From a virus, in the IMG/VR virus record IMGVR_UViG_3300032299_001203, positions 32,001 through 96,000 of that record: DNA of 64,000 bases; one strand, 5' to 3'. A program made the position numbers and the translations under genes. The notes under the pieces were generated by a model that did not search any database, had not been told where the DNA came from, and was given only the letters and a program-made list of their open reading frames with translations. This document shows positions 23,833-32,229 of the stretch, piece after piece (the stretch's first letter is position 1; each line of letters opens with the position of its first letter).

Positions 23833-25806
23833 ATGGCAAATACAAATATTTTAATCAAACGTTCATCGAGCACAGGACGCCCAAGTTCGCTCGCTGCTGG
23901 TGAATTAGCGTACTCGTATCAATCAAACACATTATTCTTAGGTACTGCCGCAGGTAATGGTGCTATCAACGTTGGTGGTATATACTACACCCAAGCCATT
24001 GATAATGCCACTGCTGCTGCAACTCCAGATACCATTGTTAAACGAGATGCCACAGGCAACGCTTCGTTTAATTTCATTACTGCCAACATTATTGGTACTA
24101 TTCAAGGTACTGCAAATGCTGCTGTACAATTACAAAACTCTAGAGATTTCGCTATTTCTGGTGGTGACATTACTGCTAGTGCTGTAGGTTTTAATGGTAC
24201 AGGTAACGTAACACTAAATGCTTCACTTAATGCTATTCCCGGTTTATCTGCTGGATCATACGGTTCTTCGACTGCAATTCCAGTTGTTACTGTTGCCGCT
24301 AATGGTCGTATTACTTCAATTAGCACATCTTCAATTTCTACTGAGTTTACTTTAAATGGTGATTCTGGTACTACAACCATTTCTGGTGGTGATACACTTA
24401 CTCTTACTGGTGGTGCTGGTATTACAAGTAATGTTTCCGGTGATACAGTCACTTTTGATGTAGATAATACAGTTGTTCGTTCAAATACAGCAATCACAAG
24501 TCAGACTATTGATGGCAACATTACAATTTCTGGTAACTTAACAGTTCAAGGCTCACACACAACAGTTAACACATCCACATTGAATGTTGTTGATCCATTA
24601 ATTATCTTAGCTTCAAATAACACATCTGATGCAGTTGATATTGGTTTTGCTGCTCATTACAATGATGGTTCTACAAACAGACATACCGGTTTCTTCCGTG
24701 ATGCTGGTACAAAAGAATACCACGTATTTGATAACTACACTCCTGAATTGGTTGGTAATAGCATTGATGTTGCTAATGCATCTTTTAGACATGCAAACGT
24801 TAATGCATCAGTAGTTAAAGGTAATTTGATTGCCACAACAGCCGTATCTGATGGTTTTTATGGTAATACAGGCGCTGTATTGAATTTGTATCCAAATCAA
24901 GCATATGCCGCATCAGGTAACCAATATATTGTTGTTGATCCAACTGCACCAAATCATATTCATCTTCGTGCTGGTGGTACAATTGATGCTTCTACTGCTG
25001 AATTGTATTTGGGTGGTGAACAAACTAATGTTAATGTAAGTGACACTACAAAAGAAGTATACATTCGTGCAAACAATGCTCATGTAACAACATTTGCTAA
25101 CAATGGTACATTAATTGTTTCTAATAAAGTTATTGCTAATGGTCTCAATCTAAACGACCACTCACAAGCTGCATTTGATAAGGCCAATTCTTCTGTAACA
25201 TCTACAACATCATTAACATTAGGTCAGTTAGTTATTGGCACTGGTAGTAATACTGTTGCAACATTGGCAAATTCAACATATGTGTTAACCGGTTCTTTAT
25301 CTGCTTCTAAAACAATCACATCACTCACAGTTGATGCTTATGGTCGTGTAACTGCTGCCACTGGTGCTGATATTGCAATCGATACTTCTGCAATTACTTC
25401 TGGCACATTGAGTGTTGAAAGAGGCGGTACAGGTCAATCTTCATTTACAACAGGTGCAATTCTTGTTGGTAATGGTTCAGGTGGTTTACAGACTCTTGCT
25501 AATTCAACATTCACAGCAACGGGTTCTGGTGCTTCGAACAACACAATATCTTCAGTAACCGTTGATTCGTATGGCCGTTTAACAGCTACAACGTTCTCGG
25601 CAATTTCTGGTTTAACTGTTGGTCAAGGTGGTACAGGTCGTTCAACATTTACCACAAACGGTATTATATATGGTAATTCCACAGACGGTCAATTGGTAAC
25701 TGCTGCCGCAGGTACCGCTGATCAGACATGGAGTAATCAAATTCTTACTGTTACGAATGCTGGTGTTCCAGTTTGGACTAGGTCTTTAGATGGCGGCACA
25801 TTCTAA
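23833..25806 (+). CDS. Long fibre shaft protein with Mtd_N-like N-terminus, ending in LDGGTF
   Basis: ILIKRSS...PSSLAAGELAYSY; fibre repeats (TVAANGRIT, TVDAYGRVT, L.V..GGTG.S.FT); G/T/S/A/N-rich. Confidence 0.8.
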   Translation: MANTNILIKRSSSTGRPSSLAAGELAYSYQSNTLFLGTAAGNGAINVGGIYYTQAIDNATAAATPDTIVKRDATGNASFNFITANIIGTIQGTANAAVQLQNSRDFAISGGDITASAVGFNGTGNVTLNASLNAIPGLSAGSYGSSTAIPVVTVAANGRITSISTSSISTEFTLNGDSGTTTISGGDTLTLTGGAGITSNVSGDTVTFDVDNTVVRSNTAITSQTIDGNITISGNLTVQGSHTTVNTSTLNVVDPLIILASNNTSDAVDIGFAAHYNDGSTNRHTGFFRDAGTKEYHVFDNYTPELVGNSIDVANASFRHANVNASVVKGNLIATTAVSDGFYGNTGAVLNLYPNQAYAASGNQYIVVDPTAPNHIHLRAGGTIDASTAELYLGGEQTNVNVSDTTKEVYIRANNAHVTTFANNGTLIVSNKVIANGLNLNDHSQAAFDKANSSVTSTTSLTLGQLVIGTGSNTVATLANSTYVLTGSLSASKTITSLTVDAYGRVTAATGADIAIDTSAITSGTLSVERGGTGQSSFTTGAILVGNGSGGLQTLANSTFTATGSGASNNTISSVTVDSYGRLTATTFSAISGLTVGQGGTGRSTFTTNGIIYGNSTDGQLVTAAAGTADQTWSNQILTVTNAGVPVWTRSLDGGTF

Positions 25807-25838
25807 AGTAGTTTTATAATCTATATTATTTTTTATGT

Positions 25839-25856
25839 GGCCACTTTCGGGTGGCC
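25839..25856 (+). promoter_or_regulatory. UUCG-tetraloop hairpin upstream of an RBS
   Basis: ggccact-ttcg-ggtggcc. There is no downstream U-tract, so it is not a classical terminator. Confidence 0.6.
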
Positions 25857-25876
25857 CAACAATTTAGGAGTTTGAA

Positions 25877-26560
25877 ATGGGAAATGAAAAGTTTGTTAAT
25901 TATTATATTGAAAATTTAATTGCCACGATGAATGATTGTTTGATAAGAAACATATCATTACAAGTAAACGAAAGAATTAGTAAAGAAGCAATTGAAGATC
26001 AATCTAAAGCAATTGAAGATTTACAAAATACTATTGAATCTTTAAAAAAAGAAAATCATTTTTTACAAGATAATAGACAGGTTTCTGACCAAGAAAAATA
26101 TCAAAATTTAGAAAATAGTATTAAAGAGCATTTAAATACCATTAGAGGTTTAAATGAACGAATTGCTGAAGCCGACAAACTTAAAAATGAATATGAAAAT
26201 GTAAAACATCAGGTTCAACATGTTGATACATTTAGAAATGAATTGATTAAAACTCAAAAAGAATTGGAAGAAGTTAAATCACAAAATGTTAGTCAACAAA
26301 GTTTGAATGACCAAGTTAATAGACTACAAGCTGAACTCACCAATTCACAAAATATTATCATTCAAAAAAATGGTATTATTGAGAAAATTAATATTGATAG
26401 AGATAAAACAATTGCTGAACTATCAGAAAAAATTGAATATTTACAATTAACTCCTGCCAAGCGAAAAAAAATTGATGAAGAAAGAGCCAAAGAAATAGAA
26501 GCTCCTGCTTCAGATTTATTTGTTTCCGATACATTAGATAGGGACGGCGGAAGTTTTTAA
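25877..26560 (+). CDS. Charged coiled-coil protein ending in DGGSF
   Basis: E/K/Q/N/L/I-rich heptads throughout; strong RBS aggag. Confidence 0.8.
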   Translation: MGNEKFVNYYIENLIATMNDCLIRNISLQVNERISKEAIEDQSKAIEDLQNTIESLKKENHFLQDNRQVSDQEKYQNLENSIKEHLNTIRGLNERIAEADKLKNEYENVKHQVQHVDTFRNELIKTQKELEEVKSQNVSQQSLNDQVNRLQAELTNSQNIIIQKNGIIEKINIDRDKTIAELSEKIEYLQLTPAKRKKIDEERAKEIEAPASDLFVSDTLDRDGGSF

Positions 26561-26564
26561 GTAA

Positions 26565-27227
26565 ATGGCAATTGCAAACACGACTGTAAAGTTAAAAAAT
26601 TCAGGTGTAGCAAATAATGTACCATCATCACTATTATTTGGTGAGTTGGCGATCAATTACGCCGATGGAAAATTATTTTATAAAAACGCCAACAATTCAA
26701 TTGTAGCATTTACTTCTGGTGCAAATGCTTCCAATACATCATCATTTGCAACTGTTAATGCAAATTCATCTTTAGTTCTTGCTACATCCTCTACAGACAC
26801 ATTAAATTTAGCGGCCGCAAATGGTATTAGTATTACAACTAATACAATCACCAAAACAATTACATTTGGTGATGCAGCCACTCAACAATTAGCTCAAGCA
26901 GCTTTTGATGCCGCAAATAATGCTTCTAGTGGAGGTGGCGGAGTATTAACTTCTACGGTCAATACTTTTTTAGGTAATGGTTCAAATAGATTTTTTAATT
27001 TAACGGTAACACCTACAGATATTAATTATACAACTTTAGTAATTGGTGGTGTTTCACAACCTAGAAGTTATTATACGGTTGCTGGTTCTTTATTAACAAC
27101 CAGTTCAGCACCAGCAAACAACATTATTGTTGAAGTAACCACGGTAGGCACATCCAATACAACACTATATACCATTAATTACACAACAAATAATATTCTT
27201 AGTCCATTTTTATTAATGGGCGCTTAA
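26565..27227 (+). CDS. Fibre connector: Mtd_N-like N-terminus, C-terminal PFLLMGA
   Basis: VKLKNSG....PSSLLFGELAINYADGKLFYKN; a GNGS...F.L...GGVSQP...YTV..S.L...APAN domain follows. Confidence 0.75.
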   Translation: MAIANTTVKLKNSGVANNVPSSLLFGELAINYADGKLFYKNANNSIVAFTSGANASNTSSFATVNANSSLVLATSSTDTLNLAAANGISITTNTITKTITFGDAATQQLAQAAFDAANNASSGGGGVLTSTVNTFLGNGSNRFFNLTVTPTDINYTTLVIGGVSQPRSYYTVAGSLLTTSSAPANNIIVEVTTVGTSNTTLYTINYTTNNILSPFLLMGA

Positions 27228-27237
27228 AGGAAAAAAT

Positions 27238-27567
27238 ATGGGGATAGTTTATAAAGTACTAGGACAATCCAATCCAACGGCAAATACTGCTGGAACATTG
27301 TATACTGTGCCTGGAGGAACTAGTGCAGTAATTAGTACTGTTACTGTATGTAATCAATCAGCTACACCTGCATGGTTTAATCTTGCGGTTCAACCAGCTG
27401 GTGCACCATTGGCAGCCAAACATTATGTGAATTTCAATACTCCAGTTCCTGGAAATGATACAGTTTCTTTAACACTTGGTATTACTTTGGGTAATACTGA
27501 CATCTTATCTTGTAATGCCAATACTAGCACCGTAAGCTTTAATGTATTTGGCAGCGAGATAAGTTAA
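27238..27567 (+). CDS. ~110-aa beta-sandwich adaptor protein (copy 1)
   Basis: YKVLGQ.NP.A....TLYTVP....AVISTVTVCN...LTLGITL...D.L....SFNVFGSEI. Confidence 0.75.
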   Translation: MGIVYKVLGQSNPTANTAGTLYTVPGGTSAVISTVTVCNQSATPAWFNLAVQPAGAPLAAKHYVNFNTPVPGNDTVSLTLGITLGNTDILSCNANTSTVSFNVFGSEIS

Positions 27568-28847
27568 TGGCAATCACAACAGCAAGTCAAGCTCAACTAG
27601 GACAAGCTACTGCCAAGAATAGTCAAGTAGTTACTACTGCGGTAAAACTGATTAATTCTGGTGGTGGAGCAGCTGCTGGTCCTAATATTACATCTATTAT
27701 CGTAACAGATAGTGGATATAATAATTTGGATGATACGGCTGCTGCAACAAGTAATTCGTATATTAAAATTCTTGGCACAGGTTTTCAATCAACTGCCAAT
27801 GTGTTTCTTAATGGTACGATGGTACTAAAAGCCAATGTTACATTTGTAAGTTCTACTGAATTGCGGGCTGTATTGCCTGTTTCTAATACAGGCAACTATG
27901 CGGTATCAGTTTATAATTCTAATTCAGCGGGTGCATTGTATTCAAGTTCATTTGTTATTTCTACAATGCCACAATGGCTGACATCAGCAACTTTAGCTAA
28001 TGTAACCAGTAATACAGTATTTTCTGAAACATTATCTGCTACTTCCGATTCATCTGTTACATATGCCAACACCACTATATTACCAACCGGATTTAATTTA
28101 TTAGCCAATGGATATTATTTTGGTAATATATCAGTTGGTGCAACCACAACATACTCATTTGATGTTAAAGCTACTGACGCTCAAAATCAAGATTCGACCA
28201 GAACATTTAGTTTAACAACAATCACAGTAAATCCTTATGGTGATTTTGGATTTTCTTTAGAAGGTGGAACTTTAACAAATATAGGATCAGGTTCAAATGC
28301 GATGAATAATAATGGAGCATCCGTTTCAACCGCTCAAGCTGCTCAAGGATCCTACTCATTATATTTTAATGGATCCGCTTCAGTTGATATAAATTCAACC
28401 AATTCTAGTACTTGGTCATTTTTAAGTTCTTCACCATTAGGAACAAATACTTTAGGTACAATTGAATTTTATATTTACCCACAAACGGCACCCCCCAGAG
28501 GAGTAATGGTAGGGAGTTATCGTTCCTCACAAGAAAAAGGATGGACGATTGACTATGATCAGTTTGGTAATTTATTTTTTGCAAGAGATTCCAGTGGCCC
28601 AGGCACATATGCGGTTGGTTTGTCATTTAATACTTGGACAAAACTAGGATTTGTTTTTAGAACTGATGGTAATCACCAAATAGAAATTTATAAAAATGGA
28701 ACATATCACGGCACGTATAATTATGGTTCTGCCGCCACCTTTAGTGAAGCAAATATGAGAATTGGCCGAAGAGGTGACAACTCTTTAGGAACAGTTGGTT
28801 ATATTGACGACTTTAAAATATGGCTAGGTACCAGAGGCCCCTACTAA
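27567..28847 (+). CDS. Putative receptor-binding protein: IPT/TIG-like, Ig-like and LamG/ConA-like lectin domains
   Basis: IKILGTGFQ....VFLNG...VTFVSSTELRAVLP; LP.G..L...G...G.....TYSFDVKATD; SLYFNG...TIEFYIYP...WTKLGFV...IYKNG...IG.R....GYIDDFKIW. Confidence 0.75.
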   Translation: MAITTASQAQLGQATAKNSQVVTTAVKLINSGGGAAAGPNITSIIVTDSGYNNLDDTAAATSNSYIKILGTGFQSTANVFLNGTMVLKANVTFVSSTELRAVLPVSNTGNYAVSVYNSNSAGALYSSSFVISTMPQWLTSATLANVTSNTVFSETLSATSDSSVTYANTTILPTGFNLLANGYYFGNISVGATTTYSFDVKATDAQNQDSTRTFSLTTITVNPYGDFGFSLEGGTLTNIGSGSNAMNNNGASVSTAQAAQGSYSLYFNGSASVDINSTNSSTWSFLSSSPLGTNTLGTIEFYIYPQTAPPRGVMVGSYRSSQEKGWTIDYDQFGNLFFARDSSGPGTYAVGLSFNTWTKLGFVFRTDGNHQIEIYKNGTYHGTYNYGSAATFSEANMRIGRRGDNSLGTVGYIDDFKIWLGTRGPY

Positions 28848-28851
28848 TATT

Positions 28852-28859
28852 AATAAATA
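28852..28859 (+). promoter_or_regulatory. T4-type late promoter (AATAAATA)
   Basis: Intergenic, before 28885. Confidence 0.55.
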
Positions 28860-28884
28860 ATAGAATAAGAATAAAAGTTTATAA

Positions 28885-30054
28885 ATGACTACCTTAAAAA
28901 TACAACCGTTAGCCGTAGACCAAACAGGTGACTTCTATTTTAATACAGTCACGGCTAATAATTTACTTGTAAATACGGTCAATGTATATGATTCTATTGT
29001 TGGTGCCAATGCCAATATTGCTTTACTATTTTCAGTAAACAATTATCAAAATACCATAATAACCAATGTAAACACCTATGCAACCTCTGCATATGGTCAA
29101 GCAAACATTGCTACAACATTGGCTCAAGCGGCTTTCAATTACGCTAATACTATTGTTAGCGATACACAAATTGACCCATTTGCCAGAGCAAATGCAAATG
29201 CGGCTTTGGCCACAGCCAATACAGCATCAGCAAACACCATTTATTTACAAGGTGTTAATACCACACAAAATACCAATATTACAACTGCTGATGTAAAAGC
29301 TCAAGCGGCTTTTGATAAAGCAAATACTGGTGTAACTACTTCATTTGACCAGTATGCCAGAGATACTGCCAATTCAGCACAAGCCAATACCATCTACAAT
29401 CAAGGTGTAGATACAACTCAGAATACTAATATCTCCTTATTACAAGGAGCAATGACTTCAGCCAATGCCAATATAGTACAAATATTTGGTATTACGTTGG
29501 GCCAAAATGCTTTTTCACAAGCAGCTTTTAATACAGCCAATACAGCCTCAGCAAACACAATCTATTTACAAGGCGTTGTTTCAGGCCAAAATACATTTAT
29601 TCAAGCGGCTTTTGATAGGGCAAATACCGGTATATCAGATTCCATAGATGCTATTGCTAGAGCCAATGCAAATGCAGCTTATGGTCAAGCAAATATTGCT
29701 ACATCGTTGGCTCAATCCGCTTTTGATTATGCCAACACCATTCAAGGTGGAGGCGGTAGTGGTACCTTTACCGGTGGTTTAGTCACAGGACCTACAATTT
29801 TTGCCAGCACCTTACAAGCCAACGGTGCTGTAAGAATTGCCAACACCAGCGGTAATGTAGTATATACTTTACCAAATTATGATGGTGTTACTGGTCAGTC
29901 CTTAATAACTGATGGTTACGGAAGATTACAATGGACTACTTTGACTGCTATAAATGGTACTGGTGGTGGTACTAGTACCGGTTTTCCATATGTTGATTTA
30001 GGTTTTGTTTGGGAAAATCCGAGTGTACTTCTTGATATGGGTACGTTGACCTAA
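28885..30054 (+). CDS. Coiled-coil fibre stalk protein
   Basis: Repeated AQAAF.xANT and ANTIYLQGV units; LP..DG..GQ.LITDG.G.L.W motif; ends VDLGFV...LDMGTLT. Confidence 0.75.
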   Translation: MTTLKIQPLAVDQTGDFYFNTVTANNLLVNTVNVYDSIVGANANIALLFSVNNYQNTIITNVNTYATSAYGQANIATTLAQAAFNYANTIVSDTQIDPFARANANAALATANTASANTIYLQGVNTTQNTNITTADVKAQAAFDKANTGVTTSFDQYARDTANSAQANTIYNQGVDTTQNTNISLLQGAMTSANANIVQIFGITLGQNAFSQAAFNTANTASANTIYLQGVVSGQNTFIQAAFDRANTGISDSIDAIARANANAAYGQANIATSLAQSAFDYANTIQGGGGSGTFTGGLVTGPTIFASTLQANGAVRIANTSGNVVYTLPNYDGVTGQSLITDGYGRLQWTTLTAINGTGGGTSTGFPYVDLGFVWENPSVLLDMGTLT

Positions 30055-30067
30055 TCGGAAATAATAA

Positions 30068-30075
30068 TATAAATA
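30068..30075 (+). promoter_or_regulatory. T4 late promoter (TATAAATA)
   Basis: Perfect consensus, intergenic, 25 bp before 30101. Confidence 0.7.
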
Positions 30076-30100
30076 TAAGATAACTTAATAGAGATATTCC

Positions 30101-31879
30101 ATGCCAGCTACACAATTACAATTCAGAAAAGGTAACACCGCCCAGCACTCCACCTTCACCGGTGCGTTTGCCGAGGTTACAGTAGACACCGACAAGAAAG
30201 TTATTGTTGTTCACGATGCCGTCACTCCTGGTGGTACTCCAATGGCAACCGCAGCGTTTGCTCAAGCTGCTTTCAACAAAGCGAATACAACTGCCACCAA
30301 TAATAGAATTACAGTAAGTAATACCGCAGGTTATGTTCCGACGGCCAACACATTATTACCTGGTGAATTATTTGGTAATTTATTTGATGGTAAATTGTAT
30401 ATGCAGCTTACAACAGGTCGCATTATTGACCTTTCAACAAGAGCTGTAGGTAAAACATTCTATGTTTCGACAACCGGTTCAGATACTTTTGATGGAGTAA
30501 CGCCATCTGGTGCGAAAGCAACTATTCGTGCTGCATTAGCCTTGGCTCAACCAACTGATATTGTTCAAGTATTTGCTGGTACTTACACAGAAATTAATCC
30601 TTTAATTCTTCCACAAAACGTACAGTTAGTAGGTGCTGGTGAAAGAGCTTGCATCATTCAGCCTTCCGATCCAACTAAAGATATTATTTGGGTAAATAAC
30701 AATTCTTATGTGACCGGTTTTAAATTTATAAATTATTCTAAATCTGCGATTGCTTTTCCAGATTTAGTCATTGATGCCAATACTACGGTAGCTGCAACAC
30801 AAAATACGTTTACTCTACGATCAGGTGTACCTTACGATAATTTTTATAATAGTATGAGAATTACTATTACTGGTGGTATTGGTGCTGGACAATTTTCAAA
30901 CGTGGCATCTTATAATGCCGCAACTAGAGTTTGCACAATGGATGTAAATTGGAATCCTTTTCCAACCAATACATCCACCTATTCAATTGGCATTCCTTTG
31001 AGAACAACACCTGCAGCCAACACAACAAGATATACAACCAATATTACAGGTAGTCCTTACATTTATAATTGTTCTTCTATTACTTCAAATGGTACCGGCA
31101 TTAAAGTTGATGGAGCTTTATCAACAGGAAATAAGAGTATTATTTCTGCACAATTTACACAAGTAAATTCTAATGGCCGAGGCATTCATATTACCAATGA
31201 CGGATATTCTCAATTAGTTTCTATTTACGGTATTTTCTGTGACACTGCTTTTTTAGCTGATAATGGTGGTACTGCTTCACTAGGTAACTGTAACGTTAAC
31301 TTTGGTAACAAAGGTCTAGTGGCTAATGGTAAAGGTGCTTTAGCAATGACAGCTCGTTTTGCTAATACATCGGCAGAGGCCTGTACCTCTATTTTTCTAA
31401 ATACAATTAGTTCAAATACCGATTTAGGTATCACCGCCAATGTACCGTATTCTGGTTTAGTAATGAAAATTACTGGAGATGGTGTAGACAATTATTATTC
31501 AGTCGCTGAGGCAACTCCATTGTCTGCAGGAAATACACAAGTAACATTTCAAACTGGATTACCTGTTAGTTGGCCAAGTGAAACAACAGTTTCATTTTTT
31601 CAACAAAGTCAATTAAGAGCTTCTGGCCAAACATTTGAATTTGTTGGTGCTGGCACCAGTATAAATTCTTTGCCAAAATCAGGCGGAGTACCAAATGTGG
31701 AATCTCAAATTATTACAATTGGTGAAGGCGCAGTGTTTGCTACATCTACCGATCAAGACGGAAACTTTAAGGTATCGGAGTTAGTAATTAATCAATCAAC
31801 ATCAACCATTACAGGTAGAACTTTCTCAAAAAGTCTTTTTGCAGAAATGACGCCATATATTCTTGCTCTGGAGACTTAA
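30101..31879 (+). CDS. Fibre/spike protein: two Mtd_N-like domains plus right-handed beta-helix
   Basis: QLQFRKG...FTGAFAEVTVDTDKK...VHDAVTPGG, then PGELFGNLFDGKLY. YVSTTGSD..DG...TIRAAL...AGTYTE.NPL, SPYIYNCSS and TSTDQDGNF are typical of cyanophage-like fibre proteins. Confidence 0.75.
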   Translation: MPATQLQFRKGNTAQHSTFTGAFAEVTVDTDKKVIVVHDAVTPGGTPMATAAFAQAAFNKANTTATNNRITVSNTAGYVPTANTLLPGELFGNLFDGKLYMQLTTGRIIDLSTRAVGKTFYVSTTGSDTFDGVTPSGAKATIRAALALAQPTDIVQVFAGTYTEINPLILPQNVQLVGAGERACIIQPSDPTKDIIWVNNNSYVTGFKFINYSKSAIAFPDLVIDANTTVAATQNTFTLRSGVPYDNFYNSMRITITGGIGAGQFSNVASYNAATRVCTMDVNWNPFPTNTSTYSIGIPLRTTPAANTTRYTTNITGSPYIYNCSSITSNGTGIKVDGALSTGNKSIISAQFTQVNSNGRGIHITNDGYSQLVSIYGIFCDTAFLADNGGTASLGNCNVNFGNKGLVANGKGALAMTARFANTSAEACTSIFLNTISSNTDLGITANVPYSGLVMKITGDGVDNYYSVAEATPLSAGNTQVTFQTGLPVSWPSETTVSFFQQSQLRASGQTFEFVGAGTSINSLPKSGGVPNVESQIITIGEGAVFATSTDQDGNFKVSELVINQSTSTITGRTFSKSLFAEMTPYILALET

Positions 31880-31882
31880 AAA

Positions 31883-32221
31883 ATGGCTACAATAGCATTA
31901 AATACATTTAAAACAACTACAGCGAATGTAACAACAGTCCAACAGACAATATATACCGCACCTGCTGGAGTAACCACAGTTATTCTTTTGGCTCAAGTTT
32001 CAAATATAGATACAACCAATTCTGTAACAGTTTCTGCGAATCACGTTAGAGGTTCAAATGTTACTTCAATCATTAGAAACACCACTATTCCTATTAGAGA
32101 TGCCGCCACTTTATTAACAGGTAAATTAATTTTGCAAACAGGAGATTCATTTACTGCAATTGCTGATGCCAATAATAGAGGACAATTGTTGTTGTCTTAC
32201 TTAGAAACAGCTAATCAATAA
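31883..32221 (+). CDS. ~110-aa beta-sandwich adaptor protein (copy 2)
   Basis: NTFKT......IYTAPAG.T.VILLAQVSN...GKLILQTGD...LSYLET; same layout as 27238. Confidence 0.72.
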   Translation: MATIALNTFKTTTANVTTVQQTIYTAPAGVTTVILLAQVSNIDTTNSVTVSANHVRGSNVTSIIRNTTIPIRDAATLLTGKLILQTGDSFTAIADANNRGQLLLSYLETANQ

Positions 32222-32229
32222 AATAACAA

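Noticed and set aside
25839-25856. UUCG hairpin as an intrinsic terminator
   Set aside because: There is no U-tract 3' of the stem on either strand; it is kept only as a structured leader element.
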